From: the human T2T-CHM13v2.0 reference genome, Homo sapiens
Reading direction: 5' to 3' (one strand)
DNA length: 64,000 nucleotides
Assembly: GCF_009914755.1 (NCBI RefSeq)
Contig: NC_060947.1
In this document: positions 14,570 to 28,703 of the stretch, piece by piece
How the letters are laid out: each line of letters starts with the position of its first letter
Position numbering within the stretch: position 1 is the stretch's first letter
The notes under the pieces: model-generated
What the model saw: the letters and a program-made list of their open reading frames with translations, nothing else
Told to the model about the DNA's origin: nothing
Database searches by the model: none
Position numbers and translations under genes: made by a program

Positions 14570-14860
14570 TTACGTCCTTACCTACATTTGCTAGTCTGGG
14601 TCAGGTGACTAGTTATGGCCAATGGGCTGAGAGTATAAATGGCATGTGTCACTTCTGGGAACCACAGGTTTAAGACCAGGTACATGACACTCCAGATCTT
14701 TCTTCCCATGCAGTGGTGGCTTGGAAACCATGTTTACTGTATGGGGTATCTGAATGATGGGTCAGCCTGAAACACTGATTTGTCCTTGGAGGCCTCCAGA
14801 CTTAGAGTAGATGTTGCCTTAAATTTTATATTGACCCACACAAAGTTCAGGTTTTGTAAT
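14570..14860 (+). mobile_element. MLT1I/J-like MaLR LTR fragment
   Basis: ggtgactagttatggccaatgggctgagag...atgtgtcacttctggg. Confidence 0.55.
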
Positions 14861-16151
14861 AATTTATGTTTTCTCTTTTTCTTCTGTAAAATAAGAAACA
14901 CTTGAAACTTTCGAGATGTAAGCTTGCAGCAAGAAAATTTTGTATGATTGATTCATACCGCCTTTCCTGAAATATTTCCACAAAATACGTATATTCATGA
15001 AATAAAAGCAAGTAGTAGACAACATTGACATTTTCATGAAAAATTGCCTAGATACAGAGGGTAAACTTGCACAACTGTTGTAATTCTTTATCACAACAAA
15101 ACAGAGACAATAAACTGTCAGCAAAACTGTAGTATAAATCCAACACAACCGAACTGCATTTCTCTTAATCTACTCCTCTGAGCTATGTATTAACCGTTGA
15201 CAATCTTTCATAATTTTATGTTTATAAGGCTTAACTGTGACACTACTCTCTGCTTATATTGAGAAATTGTTCATTCAAAGTTATTAGAATACACTTTAAA
15301 TATTATATACAATTCCGATGTCTCCTTATTGAATGGAAATACTATTTAAAGGCATAGTAAATTATAGTTTTTTCCCTTTTGCCATTAGTTGACAGAACAC
15401 ATGCAAGTATTTTCTAATTATTTTTGTGTAATGTAAAATAAATAATTAATCTAACTCATGACCCATAATGTATAGTCTTCTATTCAAATAATTGCACAAT
15501 TTTGAAAGTTCTGAATGATTATTATAATTTTTAATTCAAATGTTTACAAACTTAACACAAAAATTATCATTCAATGTACAAACAAAATCAGGCAGATTTA
15601 ATCTGATATCTAAACTATGGTAAAGTTATGATTGGAGAGAAAAACTCAAGCCTCCCAAAGCCACTGCTTTTTATCTGGATTAAAGCTGGGGTTTGAGAAT
15701 ACTTGTTTCCTAAGAAACAGTTAACAGAAATTATTTTTTCAAATTCCCCTGTAAGTACTAAGAAGTTTATATACCCAGTTATTTAAATGATTTTTTTTCA
15801 AAATTTATTAGAAGCTTATTTTTTCTTCACGTGCACCATGGGAATTTTAAAATTTGGTATAGAGATGTCTGTGTGCTTACTTATGGCTAACAATGTTTAG
15901 TAGTAAAATTATGGGTAGTGTTTTGGATATTCTGGACTGGCAAATAATGTCCTAGATATCACTTTCTTTTTCCTAGATGACACACTATCTGGATTGTATC
16001 TCTTCTTGATTCCTCACAGAAGTCAGCTAATTTGGAAACCTAAGACAGGATTTTTCAGAAGAGAAGAGGGAGAAGAATAAAAATGGAGAAGAAAAGAAGA
16101 GGAACTATACATAAATAGATGATGGTTGTAACCTGAAGACTCATAGGTAGG

Positions 16152-16200
<49 letters not shown>
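16152..16200. repeat. (TAGA)12 tetranucleotide microsatellite
   Basis: Perfect GATA-type run, preceded by TAGG units. Confidence 0.97.
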
Positions 16201-16201
<1 letters not shown>

Positions 16202-18256
16202 TAACCTAAGCATTACCTCCCATTCCATAGTTAAAAATGGATCATCAACATGATTCAATATATTTCCCTGGATATTGCCCCACATGCTAATGAAAGACCA
16301 CACCACTCTGAAAAGTCCCTCTACAAATATGTCTAGGCATTTCCAGGGAGTAGTTTACATTTGCTTATGTAAAGTGTAATTTACTACCATGACATATGTT
16401 TTGGGCAATACCGTCTCTTTTGGATCCAACTGCCAATGTAGTTGCAATTGACTACTACACATTTTCTGTTTTTGCTGATATTCTTTATGGTTACTACTAT
16501 ACTTGCTGTGTAGCAACAGGAATGCCCATGCTAAATTCAGTTACTAACACTAATTTACTGAAACCCTGATGAAGCTAAAACCTTACAGTGTTCTGGGGTG
16601 AAATGAGGAACAAAGTCTCTCTACCATACATGCGTTACTGTCTGCTAGGGAGTCCCAAAGCAGTAAAACTCTCTGTGGACTTAATAATAAAATAAAACCC
16701 CTACTATATTATAGGACTAATTTTACTCAGCGTTAGTATTATCAATATAAACACATTTTTAAAGACATTGTTCAATATTTCTAATGTCATTCTAATAGTA
16801 GTCAAGTAGTTCTTGAACATTAGTGACTCAAAAGTCTGCTTATTTAGCAACTACTGATGAATATAAAAGATTTATTTGGGGATTAAAAGGACCAAAATTT
16901 AATTCTTTCTTATAAGCTAGTTTGTTTTATTTTTTCAACCTGGAAGTTTTCTGCTAACCTTATAAAGTAAAGACAGGACTTTATTTCCTTTTTTCTTCTT
17001 TAAGAGAGTATAAAAATATCATTAATCACGTAGCAAGTTTACTATTATTTCCCATCTAGCTAAGAAATCACTATAAGAAGATGAGAGAATAATGGGAAAG
17101 AAAATGATGTATGCTTATGCCACATTCATATTCCACCTCTCCATATGTTATTTTTCATCCACTTTAGATAAAAATAACTCTTTATTGTTAATTCTACATT
17201 GATACTCAACCCAATATAAATCCTTCTGGAATGCAATACTTTAGTTTTCTTTGTTGTATTTTTATTCAGAACTTAATATCTCAAAGGATGACAGCCCTGG
17301 CTTAGCATTAACAAATTTGCAATGAGTATTTTATTCTTAAAACCAGAATTGTGTTTTTTTCTAAGCTACTTTTTAATATATTTCTCTGATCTGCTTTTCT
17401 TTAATAGGGATCATTATGGGATATTGAAATAGTAATTAATTTCATTTATTCTTAAAATGTCTGCCCCTCTGAAGCCCAGTAGGTGCTTTCCTTGTATTCT
17501 TCTAAGAGTGGCTTGCAAGCAGATAGAGGAAGTGGAGAGTTTGTTGGCCAAGCCCTCAATTCACTGTATGCTTCTTAACAATAGCTTTGGACTAGCACCA
17601 ACTCATTCTCACTTCCTTTTTCCTAAAAAGTGTTGACTCTACTTAGGTAGGTCTAAATAAGATACTAAAATCTTAATTAACCCTGGGCAGTAAATGGCAA
17701 TGAATGAGCAATAATTTTGGAAGCTATACACACGAGGAAAGATTTTAACTTGGAGATAGTATCACAGAAATGATGCAAAGATGGACATGTATGAAGACAT
17801 AGAGATGCTAATAGTTGTGTAAGATTTCACAAGGTATAAACTGAGATTTGTGCCAAAGTCACAAATATAAATTTCACTTGGAGACTTCTACATCCTAGAA
17901 AAAGTAAACAATACAGTAGACAGCAATTGGAATTCATATGGTACATTTATAACTGCTCTTTAGTGACCACCAAGCAGCAAGTGTCCTCTATCAATGTTAC
18001 TGTAAGTAAGCCTAATATCATCAGATACATATTCATCCAAAGAATTACATAGGTCTAACTATGCATGGAATGAACCAAGGAATAATGATAGTTAGTGATG
18101 CTTCATATGAGAGGTTTATAGTGCCTACTTTAACCAATGCTTTCTATGATGTACTGTACTTAGCCAAGTTCTCCACGACACTACCTCCTGAGGCACCAAT
18201 AAGATTCTTATACACTCCAAGGAGAATTAGAAGTAAATGGCGTTGGAGCAGGTTAG

Positions 18257-18740
<484 letters not shown>

Positions 18741-21209
18741 CCATTTGATAAATTTTTAAGTCAATCACATTTTTTATCCAGAAGGTTAAAAAAAATAGAT
18801 CAAGATGAAGAAACTCTCCCATAAGAGAATGTGCATGGTGGGATAACATGATTTGCTGTGGTAACAACAAAAAAAGGCATTTAAGGGAACAGGTTGGAGC
18901 AAAGTATGATAGGTATGGATTAGACAAGGGTTTTTTTAGGGGAAAGGAATTGAGAGGATTCAGTGAGATATATGATGCCATAAAATAGGAAGATACAATT
19001 GCATTTTATGAGTGACGGTGGACCATATATTTATAATCTCCTAAATATTTAAAAAGCCATAAACAATGTTAGCAACTTATGTGGGGGTTTTGCTTTAAAA
19101 ATTGTTCTAGTAATGAAGTAATTGTTTAATAAATATCACCCATTTGTCATAGGTTTAATATATATTTGTAGTATTGTTTGATTAAATTTTATCTTTCTCA
19201 CTGAACTGAAAACCCTGTGAGGATTATAACCACTTTGCCCACTACTGCATCTACTATCAATACAATAATTCTTATCACATGTTAGATGCTCAAAAAATAT
19301 TTTAAATGCATGAAAATAATATTTATTTGATCTATATAACTATGAACATCAATTAGTTCAATAAAATATAAAAAATTCTAAAGAGATTAGAATAAGATTA
19401 CTATATTTAAGTCTAGTGCTCAATTTTACAATTTAGAAACCATATTTTGTTTTTGTAATTACCCTTCATTAAAGAGTTCTGTCAAACTATTCATTTACAA
19501 GGTTCAGCTTGAAAGCCATGCAAAAATCAGAATAATTCAAAGGTGACTTTTTATTATAATAAAATAATGAATATTTTAGATTTTTGTACTAGCTATTCCT
19601 CCACAGGAGAGGAGTTTGATTTTTTCTTTGAATTTCTATATTAGAAAATGACAGAATATCAATGAAAATGCCTAAATGTTCTGTAAATAATTTTTCAAAC
19701 ACTATGCTTTTGTTAATAAAAATGAAAGAATATTTACTGCAAGTTTTGACCTATACATAGAATATTCAAGCAATCTAAATACAATTATTATTCCAAATAT
19801 TTTGATAGAAAGAGCAACAACAATACATCCAGGTTAAACCATTTTCTAAAAAAAATATGCTTTGCAACTGCACCAAAATTTTTATTAAAGTATTTGTTGA
19901 ACAAATACTATGTGACTAACACTCTGATTACATATATGTTTATATACATAATATATAGTATTATATAGATAAAATTTGTTTCCATATACTTGTTCATTCC
20001 ATGAGCCTTCACTTTTCAGAAATTTGAAATAGTGATATCCATTGCTTTTGGGAAGCTGCCACAGAAGATTCAGATTTGTAAAGACATTACATTTTTATAT
20101 TTCTGTTTTTAAAATGTCAAAGTTTCCATTTCTTTTCCAAGTATAAACCAAGAAGACTTGATAAAATATATAATCAAGCAGAATCACTTCTCTGCTGCAA
20201 TTCCTCCCCTTCACAAATCTACAAAGATCCTCTGAGAAGAGCAGGAAGAAGAAAAAGTTAGAAAATAAACAAGGGAAATATATATAATGAGATCTCTGAG
20301 AATGGGCATCTATGTCCTGTTCCCACCACGGAATAGTCTCCTAAGTGAAGAATAGCCATAACGAAATTTAGAAATATGACAACAGAGACTAAAGGCACCC
20401 TCATTATATCTGTTTACCCTGAGAAGTAGCAAGTATTACAATGTTTAACAAATCACTGGACGCTAGAAAATAAAGACAATTGTATGTGGTGCTCCGGAAG
20501 TTAGAATGGAAGCAAAAATATAAAGGAGAAAAATATACGTGACCTAAAAGGACAGGAGTAGAAATTCTAAACTGAATATAAATGCACAAGAGAACAGTAT
20601 TCAGCCACCAGGAATACTGGTGGGTCAAAACAGTAGTGAAGGTGAACCACAAAATTTAAATTGTATTGTATGGACATCCAAGTTACATGACATATATGCT
20701 TGTGAGTGTTTGTATGTGTGTTGTGTGTGTACATATGAATGTGTGTGTACATATGAATGTGCGTGTATGTGTGTTGGCCATCAAAAGAGGACTATCTGAA
20801 AACATGAGATATGTCCTCGTGTCCGTGAAGCTAAAGGATCAGAGCACTTTAATAAGAGTGAAGTTTTTGAAAGTGACAAGTGTTCCAGAGGCAAAAAGGA
20901 GAGGAAAGTTGACTTTCAAAAATGGCATTTTAGTAAAATAGTAAAATAGAAGTCTCATTCTGCGAGAAGTAGAATATGTGTGAGGAAATGGAAATAGCAT
21001 AAGAAGGTGAGTCATATGAATATTTAGCAGTAAAAAAGAAAAAGAGATGATTGCTTAACACTAGATTCAGGGCCCTGCAGACCTTCCATCCTTCATGGCA
21101 GAGGCTTGTCAGAGGACCAAACAACTTTGATTCGCAGAATTATTTTAGTAGTGAAAGGGTGAGTTTTCCCAAAAATATTTTTTAGAATAATTGTAAGGCA
21201 TCAGAATCC

Positions 21210-21644
21210 TGTGAACCCACAATATCTGAGACAGGTCCAAGTCAATTTGGAAAGTTTATTTTGCCAAAGTTAAGGATTCATGCCCATGACACAGCCTCAG
21301 GAAGTTCTGATGACATGTGCCCAGGGTAGTCGGGGCACAACTTGATTTTACACATTTTAGAGAGATATGAGACATCTATCAATATATGTAAGATAAACAT
21401 TGGTTTGGTCTGGAAAGGCAGGACAACTGGAAGCAAATGTGGGACACCTTGAAGTTGGGAGGGGGATTTCAGATTAGAGTTTATAATTAGCTTTTCCAAG
21501 AAGGCATTCAGATATGCATTTATCCCAATGAGCAGAGGGATGACTGAATAAAATGGGAGGCAGGTTTGCCCTAAGCAGTTCCCAGCTTGACTTTTCCTGT
21601 TAGCTCAGTGATTTTGGGGTCTCAAGATTTGTTTTCCTTTCACA
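21210..21644 (-). mobile_element. MER4A-type ERV1 solo LTR
   Basis: TG...CA ends with perfect 4-bp TSD atcc; tctgagacagg...catgacacagcctcaggaagttctgatgacatgtgccc...ttttcctttcaca. Confidence 0.88.
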
Positions 21645-21849
21645 ATCCTCTACAATTTTTTTTCATTAAGTAAAAGCCAATACAGATGCCAGGATTCATT
21701 TCACATAAAATAATTTACTCTAACAAAACAAGGTCAGGACCAATTATGTCCTCGAGCATTATTAAGAAAAAAATAATTTAAACACAAAATGGTTTTAATC
21801 TCTTCAAGCTGTGCAGGGATATTGCTATGGAATTCTTTGGTCAATTACG

Positions 21850-24800
21850 CTTATCTGTTTCAAAGAACTTCTTGATTTCTGCCTTAATTTAATTATTTAC
21901 CCCAAACTCATTCAGGAGCAAGTTATTCCATTTCCATGTAATTGTATGGTTTTGAGTAAATTTCTTAGTCTTGCTTTCTGATTTGATTGTGCTGTGTTCT
22001 GAGAAACTAATGGCTATTATTTCAGTTCTTTTGCATTTGCTGAGGAGTATTTCACTTCTGATTATGTGGTTGATTTTAGAATATATGCCATGTGGCAATG
22101 AGAAAAATGTATATTTTGTTGTTTGGTGGTGAAGAGTTCTGTAGATATCAATCAGGTTCACATGTTCTACTGCGAATTCAGGTCCTGAATATACTTGTTA
22201 AATTTCTGTCTTGATAATCTGTCTAATATCTCCAGTGGGGTGTTAAAGTGTCCCACTATTATTGTGTGGAAGTCTGTGTTTCTTTGAAGGTCTCTAATAA
22301 CTTGCTTTATGAATCTGGATGCTTCTCTGTTGGGTGCATATATATTTGAGACAGTTAGTTTTTTTTGTTGTTGTTGTTAAATTGAACTCGATGCCATTAT
22401 GCCATGCCTTTATTTGCCTTTTAAAATCTTTGTTCGTTTAAAGTCTGTTTTGTCAGAAAGTAGGATTGCAACCCCTGCTTTTTTTGTATTCCATTTGCTT
22501 GGAAGATTTTTCTCCTTCCTTTCATTTTGAGCCTATGTGTGTCATTGCATTTGAAATGGGTCTCTTGAAGACAGGATAACAATGGCTGTTGGTTCTTTAT
22601 CCAGCTTGCCACTCTGTGTCTTTTCATTGGGGCATTTATCCCATTTATATTTAAAGTTACTATTGATAGGTGTGGATTTGATTCTGTCATTATGATGTTT
22701 GCTGGTTCTTGTGCCGACTTGTTTATGTGGTTGCTTTATAATGTCACTGTGGTCTGTGTACTTCAGTGTGTTTTTGTAGTGGCTGGTAATGGTCTTTTTT
22801 CCCCCCATATTTATTGCTTCCTTCAGGAACTCTTTTAAGGCAGGTCTGGTGAGACCAAAGATATAACATACCAGAATCTCTGGGACACAGCTAAGGCAGT
22901 GTTAAGAGAGAAATTTATAACACTAAATGCCCACATCAAAAAGAAAGAACTCATATTAACAATATAACATCACAACTAAAGAACTTGAGAACCAATAGCA
23001 AACAAATTTCAAAGGTAGTAGAAGATGAAAAATAACTAAAATTAGAGCTGAAATGAAGAAGATTGAGACACAAAAAACCATTCAAAGATCAACAAATCTA
23101 GGATCTCGGTTTTTGAAAAACCTAATAAAATAGATAGGCCACTAGCTAGACCAATAAAGAAGAAAAGAGAAAATTGAATTGAATCCCTGAAGAGACTAAT
23201 AATGAGCTCTGTAATTGAGGCAATAAAATATAACCTATCAACCAATAAAAGCCCAGGACCAGATGGATTCACAGATGAATTATGAAAGATATACAAAGAA
23301 GAGCTGGTACCAGTCCTACTGAAACTATAGCAAAAAATTGATGAGACAGGACTCCTCCTTTACTCATTCTATGAGGCCAGCATCATCGTGATACCAAAAC
23401 CTGGCAGAGATACAACCAAAAAGAAAACACTTCAGGTGAATATCTTTGATAAACATAAATATAAAAATTCTTAACAAAATACCGGCAAACCAAATTCAGC
23501 AGCACATCAGAGAGCTTATCCACCATGATCAAGTAGGCTTTATTCCTGGGAAGCAAAGTTGTTTTGACATAGGCAAATCAATAAATGTGATTCATCACAT
23601 AAACAGAACTAAATACAAAAACCACGTGATTACTTCAATAGATGCAGAAAAGTCTTTTAATAAACTTCAACATTCATGTGAAAAATTCTCAATAAACTAG
23701 GTATTGAAGAAACATACCTCAAAATAGTAACTGCCATGTATGACAAACCCACAGCCAATATTCATACATGAGCAAGAGCTGAAAGAATCCCCTTGAAAAC
23801 TGGAATGAGACAAGGATACCCTCTCTCTCCACTCCTATTCAGCATAGCACTAAAAGTCCTGGCCAGGGCAAGCAGGCAAGAGAAAGAAAGGGCATTCAAA
23901 CAGGAGGAGAGGAAGGCAAACTACCTATGTTGGCAAATGACATCATCCTATATTTAGAAAACCCCATAATCTCAGCATAAAAGCGTCTCAAGCTGATAAA
24001 CAACTTCAGAAAAGTCTCAGGAAACAAAAGCACTGCCCAAAAGTTACTAGCATTCTTATACATCAACAAAGTCCAGCCAAGAGTCAAATCAGGAATATAC
24101 TTCTATTCACAATTGTCACAAAAATAATAAAATACCTAGGAATACAACTAAGTGAAACATCTCTACAAGGAGAACTGCAAACCACTGCTTAAAGAAATCA
24201 GAGAGGACACAAACAAATGGAAAAACATTCCAAGTTCATGGATAAGAAGAATCAATATCATGAAAATAGCTACAATGTGAAAAGCAATTTTTAGATTCAA
24301 TGCTATTGCTATTAAAATACCATTGAGATTCTTCACATAATGAGAAAAGCTATTTAAAAATTCATATAAAACCAAGAAAGAGACTGAATAGCCAAGGCAA
24401 TCCCAAACAAGAATAACAAACCTGGAGACATCACACTACCCAACTTCTAATTATACTATAGGGCTACAGTAACCAAAACAGCATTGTACTCATACAAAAA
24501 CTGACATATAGATCAATGGAACAGAATAGGAAACCCAGAAATAAGACTTCACACATACAACTATGTGATCTTGGACAAACCTGACAAAAACAACAATGGA
24601 GAAAGGACTCCCCATTCAATAAATGATGCTGGGATAACTGGCAAGCCGTATACAGAAAATTGAAACTGAACCCCTTCTCATATGGTTTGGCTCTGTACCC
24701 CTATCCAAATCTCATGTTGAATTGTAACCCCAGTGTTGGAGGTGGGGCCTGATGGGAGGTTATTGGATCATGGGGGTAGTTTCTAATGTTTTAGCACCAT

Positions 24801-26305
24801 CTACTCAGTGCTGTCTCATGATAGAGTTCTCATGAGATCTGGTTGTTTAAAAGTGTGTAGTACCTCCCCCTTTTCTGTCTTTCTCCTGATGCCACTATTT
24901 AGAATGTGCTTGCTTCCCCTTTCCCTTGTGCCATGATTTTAAGTTTTCTGAGGCCTCCCCAGAAGCTGAAGTCTGTACAGCCTGCAAAAACATAAGCCAA
25001 TTAAAAGTACGTTTTCTTTTTAAATTATCCAGTCTCAGGTATGTCTTTATACCAGTGCGAGAAGGGACTAATACACCTTCCGTACACCATATTAAAAAAT
25101 TAACCAAGATGGAACAAAGACTTAAATTTTCAACCCCAAACTACAAAAACCCTGTAAGACAATCTAGGCAATACCATTCAGGATGTAGGCACGGGAAAAT
25201 ATTTCATGACAAAGATGAAAAAAGCAATTGCAACAAGAGCAAAAATTGACAAATGATATCTAATTAAGCTGAAGAGCTTCTGCACAGTAAAAACAAAACA
25301 AAACAAAACAACAACAACAAAAAAACCATCAACAGAGTAGACAGACAACCTACACAATGGGAAAAAGTTTTTGCAAACCGTGCATCTGACAAAGGGCTGA
25401 TATCCAGCATCTACAAGGAACATAAATAAATGAACAAGAAAAACAAAAACACTAAAAAGTGGACAAAGAACATGAGTAGACACTTTCCAAAAGAAGACAT
25501 ACATGCAGCCAACAATCATATTTAAAAAGCTCAACATCATTGATCATTAGAGAAATGAAAATCAAAACCACAATGAGATACCATCTCACTCCAGGCAGAA
25601 TGCCTATTATTAAAAAGTCAAAAAAAGAAAAAAAGACAGATGCTGGCGAAGTTGTGGAGGAAAAGAAACACTTATACACTGTTGATGGGAATGTAAATTA
25701 ATTCAAACATTGTGGAAGACAGTGTGGCGTTTCCTCCAAGTCCTAAAGACAGATACACCATTTGACCCAGCATTCCCATTACTGTCTATATACCCAAAGG
25801 AATATAAATTGTTTTATTATAAAGACACAAGCATGTGTATGTTCATTGCAGTACTATTCACAATCGCAAAGACATGGAATCAACCTAAGTGCCCATTAAT
25901 AATAGGCTGGATAAAGAAAATGTGGTACATATATACCATGGCATACCATTTTATGCAGCCATAAAAATGAATGAGATCATGTATTTTGCAGGAACATGGA
26001 TGGAGCTGGAAGCCATTATACTTACCAAGCTAATGCAGGAACAGAAAACCAAATATCACATGTTCTCACTTATCAGTCAAAGCTACATGAAGACAACATA
26101 TGGACACATGGAGAGGAACGACACACACTAGGGCCCATTGGATGGTACAGGGTGGTATGAGGGAGAAGATCAGGAAAAATAACTAATGGGCTCTAGGCTT
26201 AATACCTGGGTGATGAAATAATTTGTACAATAAACCCCCATGACACAAGTTTACCTATGTAACACACCTGTGCATGTATCACTGAACTAAAACGTTTTTT
26301 AAAAA
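21850..26305 (+). mobile_element. L1PA13/L1PREC2-like LINE-1 with 5' inversion (21850-22850 minus; 22851-26305 plus)
   Basis: Decayed ORF2 frames (22421..22690-, 21889..22161-, 23446..23700+, 25710..25964+); 3' UTR 'gatcaggaaaaataactaatggg...aacccccatgacacaagtttacc'. Confidence 0.9.
24678..25075 (+). mobile_element. MSTA MaLR solo LTR nested in L1
   Basis: tatggtttggctctgt...ccaaatctcatgttgaattgta...gactaataca; perfect 5-bp TSD ccttc. Confidence 0.9.
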
Positions 26306-27760
26306 GACACATAAAGAGAATTACACTTACATGAACATTGGTTGTACACAGTCTCCTAGGTAAACATTTTAATTTCTTTCAAGCATCATGTGGCTTTCCT
26401 GCTTATGCATGGTAGCTGCCTACCCTCCTAAGAAGTTGAACAGCCGGGGTACCAGTATACTCACTGTGGCTCTCTTCAGAAACTGAATCAGTTACGGGTA
26501 CTGCCATATTTGAAATAACAACTTTTGGATTTAAAACAGGGAATCTGGACCTCTGAAACCAAGTAAAAGCCAAGGAGTCAGTAACCAAATTAGTTTCTGC
26601 CAGGAAAAGGAGAGATTAATGATAGAGGGATTATTTTAGTTAATTATTTAGAAGTAGGCCTTCCTGCACGCAATCCACCACACTTCGGGAGTCAGGTTAC
26701 CTAGAACTGATATTCATGGGAGTCCCCATTTGTCTTCTTGGGATGTATGAGCTGCTAGGTAACTTGAAACATTTTTAGCTGTATACACAAGGATAAGCTG
26801 ACATCGGTTGATATAGATAACCTAATTATTCCCTAATTTACAGCTGAATTTCTGCCTTTATTTGTCTCAAAATTGAAAATTTAATATAGTCCAGTAAGAG
26901 TAATGGGCCTTATTGAACACTTTTGCTAGTCCTGTTCTTAACATTTTCACAATAATATTTTTAAATAAGGAAATTTTAGTCATTCACATAAGCTTTTTCT
27001 CTATAAGTCATTCTTTGAAAACCTCCATGATACACAATTCCTATTAGGGTGAATTACAGTTAATCTGCCCAAGACAGCACCGCAACCCTGATTTGGCAAG
27101 TACTAAATTTTACAAACTAAGCTGTGAGATACTGTTATGTCACCTGTCTATATATTTTTTTAACTAGACTACACACTAGTAGCCTTAATAATTAAATTAT
27201 AAATGCAAAGTATGTATTGATCTGAAATAGCATTTAGAAATAGCATTTATCTATGATTAGGACTTAACATGGATTTTGTAAGGGCTCGCATATATATGAG
27301 AGTAACATTGTAAAAGATAAAATTATTTGAACAAGACAATTTAAATGCAGTTTAATGTTACCTTTCTATGAGACAAAGCAGAGTAAACAATTTAAAACAT
27401 GAACACTTCCTACTTTCCAGATATTTTATGTTTCTCCTAATAGAGTATACATACGGGTAAATTATTTTTTCTTATTTCCTCTGGCAATACTCTCACATTT
27501 TACAGACATAAGCTTGAATTAATTTTGATGTTTAAGAAAACATCCTGTATGATAATTACTATGAAATAGGAGGTTTCTTTCACTTTCTCTTATGTTACAT
27601 CATATAAGCCTATCCCAGAACATTATTGGGATTAACATGTGTCTTACATTGTGATTTTAATTCATATTGCATTATCAGTCAGGTCACTGCTATTTTCTTT
27701 TAATCTATTATTTTAAATAATTTTATTTACCTCAGACTTAAACAATGATTGTGCATTAGT

Positions 27761-28135
27761 TTTTTTAAAGATAATTGATACATAATAATGGTATATATTT
27801 ATGGAGTATAATATGATGTCTTGATATATGTATGCAAAGTGAAATAACGAAATCTGAAAGAGTTGAACTCATATAAGTAGAGTGTAGAATGGTGCTTACC
27901 AGAGGCTAGAGGTTGAGGAAAAGTGGATGGGGGAAAGGCGAAATACTGGCCAAAGGGTACTAAGTTTCTGTTAGACATAGATATAAGTTTTAGTAATCTA
28001 CTGCAGAACATAATGACCATAGTTAAAAATAATATATAGTTCAAATTTGCTAAGAGTGGTTTTTACATGTTCTCAATACAAAAATAAGTATGCATGGCAA
28101 TGGCTATGCTAATTTACTTTATTTAATAATTCCAC
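27761..28135 (-). mobile_element. Short L1MA (L1MA7/8-like) 3' UTR insertion with inversion
   Basis: Terminal 3' UTR and tail on minus (27761-27847), upstream 3' UTR on plus (27848-28135); attagttttt on both sides. Confidence 0.8.
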
Positions 28136-28142
28136 CTTATTT

Positions 28143-28703
28143 ATTAGTTTTTCATTTCTGCATAAGGAGTTACCAAAAATTTACCAACTTAAAACAACAC
28201 ACACACATACTAAATCACAGTTTCTGTGAGTCAGGAGTCAAGGCACAATTTTGTTGTGTCTTCTGCAAGGCTGCAATGAATATGTTGGCTACGATTGGGT
28301 TCTCAGCTAAATGCTCAACTACAGATGGATCCACTCCCAAAGTCACTCAGGTTATTTTCTTGAGATTGTAGGACAGGAGGCTTGTAGTTTGTTGCTTGAT
28401 GTGCATGAGGTAGGGTGCTTCTGTCAGTTCTGAGAGGTTGCCTGCAGATTCTTGCTATGAGTCTCTCTCCATAGGCCCTTTTACAATATGGCAGCTTACA
28501 TTTTCAAAGCCCAGAAAGGAGAAAGATAGAAAGATAGAGAGTTATATACCATGAAATAACCATAGGAGTGACAGTCCATCACTGTTTGTATTTTATTGCT
28601 CAGAAGCAAGTGACAGGTCTCACACTTATGGAAAGAACATTACTCAATGGCATAGATACCATGAGGTGGGGATTATGGCAGTCACTATGGGGACTAACCA
28701 CCA
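28143..28703 (-). mobile_element. MLT1E-like MaLR LTR
   Basis: attagtttt...aacttaaaacaacac...cacagtttctgtgagtcaggagtc...aaggctgcaat...atggcagcttac...agaagcaagtgacaggtc. Confidence 0.75.

Noticed and set aside
26403-26588. Short minus-strand ORF with a donor-like gtgagt near 26460 as a possible exon
   Set aside because: No recognisable protein similarity and no convincing acceptor or partner exon; compatible with chance
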